DNA from: Bilabrum cf. latius
Taxonomy: Eukaryota
Assembly (NCBI GenBank): GCA_965178125.1
Contig: OZ237736.1
Location: forward strand, 1-64,000
Direction: 5' to 3'
DNA length: 64,000 nt
Part shown: piece after piece, positions 52,987 to 64,000 of the stretch
Layout of the letters: each line of letters opens with the position of its first letter
How positions within the stretch are numbered: position 1 is the stretch's first letter
The notes under the pieces: generated by a model
Told to the model about the DNA's origin: nothing
Databases searched by the model: none
The model's input: the letters and a program-made list of their open reading frames with translations, nothing else
Made by a program: the position numbers and the translations under genes

Positions 52987-53376
52987 TTACCGCAGAATAC
53001 ATGCGATTTTAAGCTAGATTTTAGAGCGTGCGCGTCTCAGACCGACTCGATCTGTGGCCACGTGGCTCCTCACATCATCTTGGCTCGCCGCCTCCATTCG
53101 GTTGGCCAGCTCGTGATAGTTTGTGAATGCATACGAGGAGAGCGCACTAATCGATTGGATATCAACAGAGGATCCATCTCGGACGCCACAATCATGCAAA
53201 CGCTTGCTGTCTGGTAGCCTAAAGCCGCCAGAGAGAAGTGCAAACCGTCCAAGCGCTTGGATGCCATACTTAGCCTAAATTCTTGCTTTCAGTCTAGCAA
53301 CGAGGTCGTATGCTTGGCAAACATACTCCTCTGCGGCTGTTTCACTAGATCCTGGGTGCCTTACAATTACCCGCAT
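52987..53376 (-). CDS. Ubiquitin-like domain protein (may splice into the downstream gene)
   Basis: MRVIVR..VARLKARI[TAG=Q]AKYGI..GFRLPDSKRLHDCGVRDGSSVDI; ends TAA or uses a GTAAG donor. Confidence 0.7.
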
Positions 53377-53521
53377 CTTACACGAAAGGGGAATACTGCC
53401 GCGTGATCCAAGATTGATTCGGTTGCTAATGCTGAAGATGAAGATACTCCGGGCGACGCGACGCCGTGGTGACCAGACCATCACCGCCGGGTGCCTGTAT
53501 ACCACTCTAATCACGATCGAT

Positions 53522-54664
53522 TTACACTGAACCTGTTGGGGCGCACTTTGCCTGGCCTGAATCGAGATGAGCCCTTCCGCGGTACACGGTCGTTGGTGGC
53601 AATACGCGAAGCAGGCAGTCCGCCGTCACGCTCAGGTAGTGCTTGCCGGGAGCGGGTTCGATCACGCTGGCCCCACGCAAGGTCACGGCGGCCCCCAAGT
53701 CCAAGGCTCTGCCCGCCTCAGCCACTGCATCCCTCTGCATCCACGCGACCATGGACTGCCCGCTACCGTCCACGAGCGTGCACACGGTGCCGTGGGGGCC
53801 GTGATGCATGGCAGCCACTGCGCACACCAACACGCCGAACCGTCTTCCGTGAGCTCCTCTAGGCCGCTTTGCAGTGCGAATCACGTCTCTAAGCATCTGC
53901 ACGCCGCTTCCACCCGGTCTTCCGCCGGCAGCATCGAGCGGGGTACCTGGCGAAGGCCCCCGCCGCAGCAAGCCCCACTCTCCACCACTCACGCCCTCCA
54001 TTGATTCGAGCCACGCACCAGACCGATAGAGAGGCGAGAGCAATCTGTGCGAGTGGCCTGCCAGTGGGGGTGGGGTGTCCGCGCAGTGGTCTCGCCCAGG
54101 CGTCGTGCTCGACAGGAGTGCTGCCTCCGCCTGGGGCAATGAGGCTTTCTCTGGCGAGATTGATTTCGGACTATGCATCAGTGAATTTGCACGTGTTGCC
54201 GGGCCGTCAGTCTTCGAGCTGCCTCCCCTGTTCATGGGTCTAGGAGGAGATGCCTCCTGCTGATGCTCTCCAATGCGCGACGGAGCCTCTGCGGAGCTAA
54301 CTATGATTCGCGCAGGACTTTCTGTCCTGCGTTTCTTCTTTTGCTGCTACGACTCTGCCGGACGACGTGCGAGTGGCACATCTCCTGAAGTGCTAGAGCT
54401 AGGGGCGACGCCAGATTTGGAAGATGCTGCTGATCCCTACGTGTACTTGAATCGTGCAGATTCTTGCGGACGTGCACGTTTCAATGGAAGCACATTGATC
54501 GGTTCGGGCTCTACACCTGCCTACATGTCCTCCTTGATGACTTGCAAGGGCTTGCGGACTCCCGTTGGCTTTGAATCGCCTGCCAAATTATTCGAGGCGG
54601 ACCACGAGAGACTCTGCGAGTCCATCGACAGGCTTTCAACGTCCGGAATATCTAAATCATCCAT
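53522..54664 (-). CDS. HROB: HROB/MCM8IP-like OB-fold protein (DUF4539)
   Basis: TLVDGSG.SM.AWM.R..V..G..LDLGAAVTLRGASV..P...HYLSVT..C+LR+; frame extends through TAGs to ATG 54664; TAA stop. Confidence 0.75.
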
Positions 54665-54806
54665 ATTTTCACACTATGTACCAATTGACGTCCGAAATCT
54701 GCCCTCTTAAGACGATGCACGATGTTGTGAGCAGCTGCTGCTTCGGAAACTCCGAGCCAGCCAAATAACCAAAGGCTTGTAGATCGCTCAAACGGGCTTC
54801 ACAATA

Positions 54807-57644
54807 TCAATCGACCCCATATTTTCTCAACCACAGCCTTGCGGCCGCCCGCTCTTTTTCGTTTTCTGCCATCTCTCGCTCCAGCTCTCGCTTGCGTTCA
54901 CGAGCCTGACGAGTCCTGCCTGCGCCGCTCCCAAAACGGCTCAACTCATCTCGGACGGCATCATGCTTCTAGTTCAGCTACAAGAGCCGTTTTTCGACAT
55001 CTGCAGAAACCAGTGAGGACCTGCTAGCCTGCTACGCTGTGGTTGCGAACGGCGCGGCTTCCTCTCGGGCTGCAGCAGCACGCTCCTGCTTGAGCTGCTT
55101 CTATCGCTCGCTTTCGCGCTGCTGCGCAGCCCCTTGCATTCGTTGCAAGAAATCGGCCGTGGCGGACTGACCGCTTGTTGCTTGCCTGCTATCGCTGCCA
55201 TGCTCCTGCCTGGGCTGTGAAGAGCTGACCGGGAGGCTAGGAGGGGCATGCGCTGCCTGTTCAGCCACCCTCTGGCGTTCTTGCCGAATCGACTCCAGCA
55301 TATCGCGCCTGGAAGGAGACATTGGCACACCTTGATCCGTATTTGGCGGCAGGCTCGGCCTCGTCGCCTGCGCCTGCAGGTATCGCGCCCTGGCGGCCAG
55401 GAGCGGGTCCTCCGCGCCTGAGCCTTGGCCTTGGCCCGCACGTGCACCGGTACCCGCGGTGGGGTCTGGACCGTGAAATTGCCTGGGGCTCGCTCTCGGG
55501 GGAGAGGCTGGCTCGAAGTAGGCCCCTGGGGACTGCGAGGCGCGGGGCATGGGGGGCGCTCTGAACTGCTGGTGCTCCGGCATCGGCGGGGGCTGGACGG
55601 ACCCTGAGTTCTGGTTCGGCTGCAGCTGTGGAGGAGGGTATGAGCCGATCGGCAGCACGCCAGTGCTTCTAGACAGCTGTGAGTAGTCTACCTGCTGCTG
55701 GCCGTGTGCCTTACTTGCAAAGAGAGGTGCTTCGTCAGCGGCGTCCGCTACAGGCCGCGGCCCGAGGCCTGGTTGCTCCTGGTCGTATGACAAGCGTCCC
55801 AGCGGGGCCTGCTCCAGACTTGCCGTGCCAGCATGTTGCCCCGTCGGCGCGCTGCCCTGCTACTGGTCATTACCAAACCCGCCGCTGCCGTTTTGGCGGG
55901 AGGGAGGTCCACCCGGGCTGCCGCCAGAGCTCCCAAGCAGCGACCCAACCGCGTCCTGCTGAGCTCTGTGCCCGGAAAAGTGACGCGGGGGCGGAGAGGG
56001 GGGGCGAGCCGCGCTCTCGCTGTGATGATGCGCAGAGACGCGCTCTGTGCCCTGAAGGGCGTCCCCGGGGTGGTGGCCGGGAAATCTCTGCATCTGGCTC
56101 GTGCTCGCGCTCTAGTTGATGGAGAAGCGCCCATCGCTGCGGGTGGACAGTGTTTCATTACCACCCGAGGGTCCCCTTATCGCGGTGGCATGCTTGGCTC
56201 GCGCTGCCTCGGCTTCCGCCTGCCGCGCTGCTGCCTCAGCAGACCTCAGCTTCCGCTTGGCCACCTGCAGTTGGTCCTTGAGGTCATCCAGGGAGGCCTC
56301 CAGGCGAGCCACAGTCTGCTCGGAGCGCTCGGCCCGTTTCTCCGCAGCCGCCAGCTCCCGTTTGGCCTGGGTGGATCTGCCGACCTCTTCCTGCAGCTCG
56401 AGGCGCAGGGCGGCAAGCTCGCTCTTGTGCTGTCGGTCTTGGTAGTCCGCCTGCCGGGCCTGCTCCGCCCGAGCAGCGCCAGACACACTAGGCTGTCCCT
56501 ACCCCTACCCATGTCCCTCGCCGACCATAGTGCCGCGGTGGCTGCCAAGCACAGGCTGTCCCGCATGGCCTGTCCCTGCCTCTACCCGCAGCGGCGGCCC
56601 ACCCTCTTCGTTGACTCCTTCTAATGCTTCGCCCTACCGTGCTGCTGCTGCTGCTGCTGCCTGTCCCTCTCCCTGTCCCTCTCCCTCTCCCTCTCCCTGC
56701 CCTCGCGCCTCCCCTGCAGCCTGGGCCCGCTCCTCTGCGTCTGCCAGCATGTCCCGCAGCTGCCGGGCCTCCTCCCGTGCCCGCTCCAGATCAACGCGAA
56801 GGCTGCCTTCAGCCCCCCTCGCATCATCCCCGTCCTCTCCCCCTGCCTGCACCTGCGCCCGCGCCCGCGCCAGCTGCTCCTTGAGTTCGGTCACCTGCTG
56901 CCTGCCGCGGTCTGCCTCCCGAGAGAAGTCCTCGGCCCTCCGCTCTGCAAGCCTCAGCCGGTCCCGCAAGTGCTCCTCCTCCAGCCGACGAATGCTGCGC
57001 TCACGGTGCACCTCATCAAGCGCCGACTACGATTTGATCTTCAGGGACTCGATGCTTGCGAGCATGGACTGCCGCTCGGCATGCAGGTCCTCGACGCGCC
57101 GGGCTAGCACATCCGCTTCTTCCGCTGGGACCACTGGGCGCGGCGGGCGGTGAGACATCACGTCCGGACTCTGTATTGCTCTCGACCCAACCATATACAG
57201 CGACGCATCTGCATCGCCTGGACTAGCAAGTAGCGACTCCTCATTATTGGGACGCTCGCGCCTGCCACGCTTTCGTGCCCGCCCGGTCTCACGATCAGAT
57301 TCATCGGCTGATTCCAAGCCTGAGTCTCTAGAGTAGCCGCTTCCGCTCGAAGAGCGAGATCGCGATCGCTCCGACCTTCGTCTGCGCGACGCAGCACGAG
57401 TCCGACTACTAGATCGCTTGTGGCGTGCCGGGAAGTTATTGTCTCCACTTGCCGGGATTACAGGCAAGCCAGCAGACTGACCAGCCATCGTATTGTCAGT
57501 TCCATTGTGAGGCAGCCCCTACTATCGAGGATAGCCCTCGAGGTTGACAACCGTTGGCCTTTCGACGCTGTCTGAGACGTGGCTTCTTGTATCGTCACTG
57601 TCGTCGCGATCGAGGCAATGCCAGTCGATAAACTGGCTCATCAT
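54807..57644 (-). CDS. Coiled-coil protein with an MPHOSPH9/enkurin-like C-terminal helical domain
   Basis: Five listed ORFs in one frame joined by TAGs; C-terminus APFAT..VEKRLLQLNQKHD..ELSRF..GRTRQARERKRELE..ARLWLRKY-TGA. Confidence 0.7.
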
Positions 57645-57840
57645 CTATACTATTTATAAGAAAAATGCGTGCTCTACGACGTTGAAGAGCTGTGTCATGC
57701 GCAAACACACCAAATTCGAGGTTGGCGAACCTGCCGAGGAAGGTTCCGAAGCTGAACCTGGTCTATTTCATGTATTACCTACTTGGGGCTTGAAACCTGG
57801 CATGAACTAGTAAGCGTTTTTATCATCAGTCACCGTTCAG

Positions 57841-58184
57841 ATGGCTTCTAGTACAGCTTCAAGGCTTGTTCTTGCTGGGATAGCATTGGTTGGCGGCTCA
57901 GTTCTGCTGTACGCTTTCGCCGATACTGCCTTGGAGCGTATAATCGACGCTAGACGGGTGAGAATTGCATCAACTCTCAATCATATGCGTGCGCTTGCCT
58001 TGGAATCGCTTGGATATACGTTTGATGCGGGTTACGCCGGATTGCACCGCAGGCACATCTCCGAGGAAAGATAAATGAGATCAGAGGCAAGCACGGCCTC
58101 GCTCCAATCGACGATTAGGATTCCGTGCCAAAAATGACTGCTGCAGCAGCTGAATCGCCGACATAGGGCGACGGTAGGAACTGA
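57841..58184 (+). CDS. Small single-TM protein (82 aa); intron 57958-58052
   Basis: Hydrophobic N-terminus, phase-0 GTGAG..CCGCAG intron, two TAGs, TGA stop. Confidence 0.55.
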
Positions 58185-58985
58185 TTGCTGGTTCAGCACT
58201 GCTCTCGTACTACTGAGAAGCTGCGTGAATCGCACAGGAAATGCAAACTACCTGGACTGGGGTACATCGTGGAGTGATACGGGTAGAGCAGAGTTTGAGC
58301 AGCGGTGCAAGTGCCACTCAGTGAGGTCGGCCCAGCCTAGGCCAGTTCGCGTCAAAGGGGCCTACAGCATCCGAGGCATTGCATGATGGTCCATCAACTA
58401 TTCCTCAAAGCCAGACATCGCATCAAACTCAAAATGTATACTTCAGTCTGCTCTGAAACGAATATCATCTGCTGCCGTGACTGGCCGCTTGTTTCAAGTC
58501 AGCGAGCAAGTACTTGACTCCTCGCCGGCTAGCAGCGGGGCATTCCTTCCCGAGGCACCGCCACCGTCCGGCCCACAAAGGGCTTCTGCCCTACCAACAA
58601 GTATGGGGGCGTTATTTCAGAGTATGGATGGCTTCGTTTCCCTATACGTGCGGCAAGGATCCCCCCCTTGAATGGAACGCGCGCAGTGGGCTCCGCTTTC
58701 CCGCTCGCCGCGGAGCCGTATCGAGGTCCCATGCACTGCGCGTGATGACGCAATCAACAATACTTGTAGTGGGTGGCCAGAATAACACGACATGACAACA
58801 ACACGGATAGTGGCAGAACCATCGTGGTCAATGTGGGGCCAGGCGTCTCGAACCCGGAGCAAATTCACCACTTGCGACACCAGACATCCGAGTGTCGAAT
58901 AATCGCGTTAGGTGGGAGACTAAACGGGCAGATTGTAAGGTTTGTCCTATCGATTTTTCTTTTGTAGCGAAGAGCACATACCACC

Positions 58986-60674
58986 ATGGCCAGTGAACGA
59001 CTAGGTAAGCCTCCATTCAATGCAATTCAAAGGATCGGTGAAGGAGCCTACGCTACAGTTTGGAGCGCCTCTTGGCGCGGTAAAATTGTTGCCGTAAAAG
59101 AGTTAAAACACGATGTGGCCAGTACGCTCGATGATGCCGTCGCCCTTCCCGAAATTCGGCACCTACGTGCGATGGGCGGGGGTAGCGATGACATGGTTCG
59201 GCTCCTGCAGGTCGCACGCCTCGATGGAACTGTATTCATCATAATGGAGCTATGTGACTCGTCTCTATTGGATGTACTTCAAGCAATGGGCGAGAGAGGC
59301 CAGCGTCCCAGCGAAGAAAACGTTCGGTGGGTGATGGCTCGGCTTTTACGAGCTCTAGCGTTCATGCATTCTCGCGGGGTTTTGCACAGAGATATAAAGT
59401 CAGACAACATTCTGTTGCAGACAGGGGATTCCAGTGGAGGTCTGACAGGAAAGACAGCGGTTGGGAGCAAGCTGGCGGACTTCGGACAGGCAACGTCAAC
59501 GGCCGCGGTCCCGAAGGGAAAAGGCCTCACTCCGTATGTCGGGACACGATGGTATCGTGCGCCTGAGCTGTTGCTTGCGCCCCACGTCCGAGCTGGCAGC
59601 CGGTCTGCATTTTCGTACGGCCCTGGCATCGACGTGTGGAGCGCAGGCTGCGTCATGGCGGAGCTGCTGGCGGGCCGCACGCTCTTCCAGGGAACAAGTG
59701 CCTTGGACCAGCTGAATCGATATGCACACGTACTTGGACCCCCTTCTGAGTCCTGGCCTGCGTCCAGTCGCCTAGCAGAGGCATGCGGCCTGGCGCTGCC
59801 CAGGATCAAGGGGGTGGGGCTGGCGGCGGTGCTGAGCAAGGCAGGGGTGCGTGTGTCTGCCCAAGCAGCAGCTGCATGCGAGGCACTTCTCACTTGGGAC
59901 CCAGCGAGGAGGCCCAGCGCTACAGATGCCCTCCGTCTGGGTTTCTTCAGGGGTGGTGCAGGCGACCCGCTGGTGCTGTGGCCGCGGTCCCAGTCTGCGG
60001 CCGAGTCGGCGGCTGCTACTCGGGCGGCCCGCGCGCTGCAAGCCAGGCTGGTGGCTGCTGCGGGGGCTGCGGGGGCTGCGGGGGCTGCTGGCAGCAAGGC
60101 AATGGGGGGGTCTGGGAGCACCGCTGCAGCTGGGGCACCCTCGTCCTCATCCGAGGGAACAGCGGGGGCAGCTACTAGTGGTCGGCCGCGAGCGGATTCC
60201 CTCAACTCGGCCGACTCGCTGGAATCAGAGGCCGACGCAAATATGTAGAGGTCAACCAGTGGTAAACACGCAGCTAGTGCTGGAGTTGGGAGTGAAGATG
60301 CAGGTGCAAAGCTCGGGCTGGTGGGCACTGCGGGTGACAGTGGCGCAGGGACGATGCCCTCGACTGCTGCACCTGGTCGCAGGTCGAGCGGGCTAGGCCT
60401 GGCCCTGGCACCATCGGCCTCCATTGCCAGCGGGAAAGGCTCCACACCAGCTGCACCGGGGACTACGAGCCAGAGAAGCCCTGCAGCGGGTATTGCTGAC
60501 AGTGGCGTAGCCGTGGGTGCGAGGGGAAAGAGGTCTGGTTTGGGGCTTGGACTTGGACTTGGGGCTGGTGTGGGCGGGCGATCGGCTGCAGATCAGCCCG
60601 AGCAGGATGATTATGTGCCTTCCTTCGTGTCTGGGGAGAAAAGCGGCGGGAAGCGATCTGGATTACTCGGGTGA
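58986..60674 (+). CDS. CMGC Ser/Thr kinase, MAK/ICK (RCK)-like
   Basis: GEGAYA, VAVK, HRDIKSDN, DFG, TPYVGTRWYRAPE; TAG at 60246 read through to TGA. Confidence 0.93.
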
Positions 60675-60816
60675 GTTGCTGGACAGGCACTGTCGGGAAA
60701 CCGGAATAAACAGCAAACAGAGGCAACACCACCAGGCTTGAACACCACGCGAAACTGCGTGCTACCGCAAGGGCACTGTATATTATTGCACAGTACTTCC
60801 GGGATTAAATTCTGAT

Positions 60817-63800
60817 ATGTACAGCGTTACATCGCGCGGGCAGGGTAGACTGTTTGGACGATTGGCCAGCATGGCCGGGTTGCATTTTCGTCGTGTTCGT
60901 CTGTACAGTCATGCATCAATGGAGACATCCAAAAGCACACCCGTGCAAAACTTGCGTCTTTTCAATGGTATTTATCACACTGGCGACCCAGTGTCCTCTA
61001 GATTAGACGGTGCCGACCGTGGTGGACTACGAAGACCGCTCCACAATGAACACGGCTCACCTGTTGCGACTGATAGGCAAAGGCTCCTTCGGAAATAGCT
61101 CTCGCTTGAGCTTGAAAGTGCCGAGAAGGCAGCCATGAAACTTGCCGGGGTCCAGGCGGAAGTCATGGATAGAGGACACGGCTCCGGTTTGCATCGTGTC
61201 CGAAGGCAGTTGGTCAAATGGTTTCCAGGGCTCACACGCCGAATCGAGGCACTCACCGCAGAAATGGTTGGGCCGCGGGCCTCTCCTGCCCGTCGGGCGT
61301 AGGGCGCTCACCTCTTGCTGGTGAGCAGCGAGCGCCTATCTGCTATCGCTCTGCACGAGGTAGTGAACGCTCTCCTGGCGCAGGGGGGCGCCGTGTCTGC
61401 CACAACGCTGTGCGCCGACATTGGCGAGCGGGTGCAGCTGGAGGCCCAGCTGGGTCGCGTGCGACGGGTTGACAAGCGAGCATGGGACGCTGCCAAGCGC
61501 CGCCTGTCTGGACAGCTGTCAGCACGGGCCGTGCAGCAGGTGCGGCGGGCGCTCATGCAGTCTGCAGCTGCCGACGAGTGGCCCAAGCAGCTGCGGGTGT
61601 AGGTGGGCGCTGCCCTGCTGCAGTGCGTGATGCAATCCTGTCGCGTGGGGATCCATAGGACGGGCGTGACTGCCGCAGTGCGGTCGCAGCTGCTGCACGT
61701 GTCGCCTACCGTGCGCCCGTGGACGAATGAGCAGGGAGCCTCGAGGGTGAGGGCGGTACTGGGGCTGCTGGACGAGTGCGCTGGCATCGGGCTGGGCGTC
61801 AGTGAGGGGGAAGAGCGAGCTGCGGATGCCGCCGCGCACAGCTTGATTGGGCAGCACCGGTCAGAGGGCCTGGGTGACGACGACACTGGAGATGGGCGGA
61901 CCGTAGCCATCGGGCACTCCCCCTCACTGGCAGTGGTGAAGGCCCTATTCTCTGAGCCCCTGTGCTCTGCAGAGGCCTCCAATGGCTCGAGCGCAAGTGA
62001 TTCCCCCGAGCCCGAGCAACAGCGGCAACAGGAGGCTGCTGCGGGCGGCAGAACAAAGAAGAGGCAGCGCTCGGCCGCGAAAGGGGTCCGCGGAATTGCG
62101 CTCACTGCATCGGAGGAAGACTTTGTGAGCACATCGTTGGCTGGCCTCAGATCTCTGCTGCGGAGGCCCCAGGGCCAGGTGGATGTGCCTAGGCTGTCAG
62201 AAGCAGACCCATCGGGTGGTGCAGGCGATGCCGAGCCTGGCGACGGCAAAGGCAACGGCAGCGGTGGGGCGATGCATGCGGTCGCGGGTGGTCACGAGTA
62301 GGAGGAGGAAGAAGACGAGGATGCTGTCATGTTTCCGGCACTCTTGCATACCTATCGGTTAGCCCCTGCACGCGGCACCACCACGATGCAGGAGGATATG
62401 ACGGCGGGGGAGGCCGGTCGGCTGAGCGCGGGCAAGCTTGTGGTGCAAGGTATCGTGCGGGCCAACCCGGCCCTCTTGGCCGCATTGCAAGGGGCAGAAG
62501 TAGAGGGCGCCAACCCAAAGCAGTTCCCCATGGTGGTCCCTCCGCGTCCCTGGGCTGGGGTGAGGGAGGGCGGGTACCTGCGCCTCAAAGTGCCCATCGT
62601 GCGCCCCAAGCTCGGCAGCAGGTCCTCGCTGGGAGTGGCAGAGATGGCCGACATGCCGCAGGTGTATGATGCGCTTAACGTGCTGGGCGCGCAGGCCTGG
62701 CGGGTGAATCCATTCGTGCATGAAACCATGCGCAGAGCCTGGGAAGGAGGCGGCGGGCTGGCGGACCTGCCTCCGAGGGCAGACCTTGAGCTGCCTGAGC
62801 CACCCTCTCCACCTTGTGGCGATTCGGATGCTTCGGAAGATGTCGCCGAGGCATTCAAGGCAGCCAACCAGAAGTGGAGGAGGCAGCTAGGCAGGGTCAA
62901 GAGGTGGAATAGCAACCGGCACAGCCTCCGCTGCGACCTCACTCTCAAACTCGCGCAGGCCAAGGCGATGGAGTCGGACGCGTTTTGGTTCCCCTACAAC
63001 ATGGACTTCAGGGGTCGCGTGTATCCAGTGCCGCCGCATCTCAACCACATGGGCTCCGACATTTGCCGCGGACTGGTCCAGTTCGCGAGACCCAAGCAGC
63101 TCGGGGACCGGGGCCTCTACTGGCTCAAGGTGCAGCTCAGCAACCTCATGGGCAACGACAAAGCACCGCTGGACGAGCGGGCGCAGTACGCAGAGGACAA
63201 CCTGGCCAGCGCCATGGACTCCGCGGATCGCCCATTGGATGGGAATGGCTGGTGGCTCGAGGCCGACAGCCCATGGCAGGCCCTTGCAGCGTGCCAAGAG
63301 CTGACTCAAGCGATGCGCCTACACGATCCGACGCAACACAGCTGCCCGCTCCCGGTCCACTAGGACGGCTCCTGCAACGGCTTGCAGCATTACGCCGCGC
63401 TTGGGAGAGACTACGACGGCGCTGTTGCTGTCAACTTGGTCGACGCGGATCGACCGCAGGACGTGTACTCACGGGTGCTCGATCTCGTTATTAAGCGCAT
63501 TGAGAAAGATTCCCATGCTGCCGCTAGTGCTGCCGATAGAACGGCCATGGCGAGGTCCGGTCAAGGTGGCTTTGCTGCTCCAGTGGCAGATGCAGTTGCA
63601 GTGTATGAAGAAGCCAACCGGATCGAGTCGAGTGGCAGCATTAAGCAGGCTTAGAAAGTCCGCAGTGGCATCATCGATGAGTCGACCAACCCAATGCAGC
63701 TCGGAAGCTCAGATTAGCAATGGAAATTCGACAGGGCATGTGCCAAGTTTGTTCGAGGACGTGTCGTCCGGAAAACCATCAAATAGACTGTCATGACCAG

Positions 63801-64000
63801 CGTATATGGTGTGACGTTCATTGGAGCTCGGGAGCAGATTCGCAATAGGCTAAGAGAAATGGACTGGTCTTCATACGGAGACGTGGATACAACTGATAAA
63901 CTTGTCTCCGATTCCAGCGCTTATCTGGCTAGAATAACTTTGGAGTGTTTAGGAGAAATGTTCAGCGCAGCAGATTCTATCAAAGACTGGTTGACTACAA
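60817..64000 (+). CDS. POLRMT: Nucleus-encoded mitochondrial T7-like RNA polymerase (runs off window; start 60817 or 60871)
   Basis: [22 protein letters not shown][TAG][21 protein letters not shown][TAG][10 protein letters not shown]. Confidence 0.97.

Noticed and set aside
58200-58950. Possible small gene between the TM protein and the kinase
   Set aside because: No coherent frame or motif could be assembled even with TAG=Gln.
60817-64000. Phage, prophage or linear-plasmid T7-type polymerase
   Set aside because: Motifs match the nucleus-encoded mitochondrial RNAP; flanked by ordinary eukaryotic genes with no viral genes.

Overview
Subtelomeric left end of a compact, intron-poor protist chromosome with TTAGGG telomeres. 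It looks stramenopile-like, but that lineage call is only an inference. (1) 1-16310 is a chain of at least seven head-to-tail cassettes embedded in (CCCTAA)n. Each cassette is a 155-bp tandem array (three sequence subfamilies) plus a conserved ~61-bp terminus fused in the same register to CCCTAA. 5' ends vary, and one cassette carries a 5'-truncated protein-coding ORF. This is the architecture expected of telomere-primed, endonuclease-less retroelements. (2) 16.9-64 kb is gene-dense and uses a non-standard nuclear genetic code in which TAG encodes Gln while TAA and TGA remain stops. TAG occupies invariant Gln positions in mitochondrial RNA polymerase motifs A and B, an SLC35B transporter, a PHB depolymerase and a ubiquitin-like domain. 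Reading TAG as Gln merges the fragmented ORF track into about 20 coherent genes, including QCR8, TMEM209, GH31, ELP4, USP32, ZNF598, beta-tubulin, HROB, a MAK-like kinase and POLRMT. All family assignments come from recognising motifs by eye, not from database searches.
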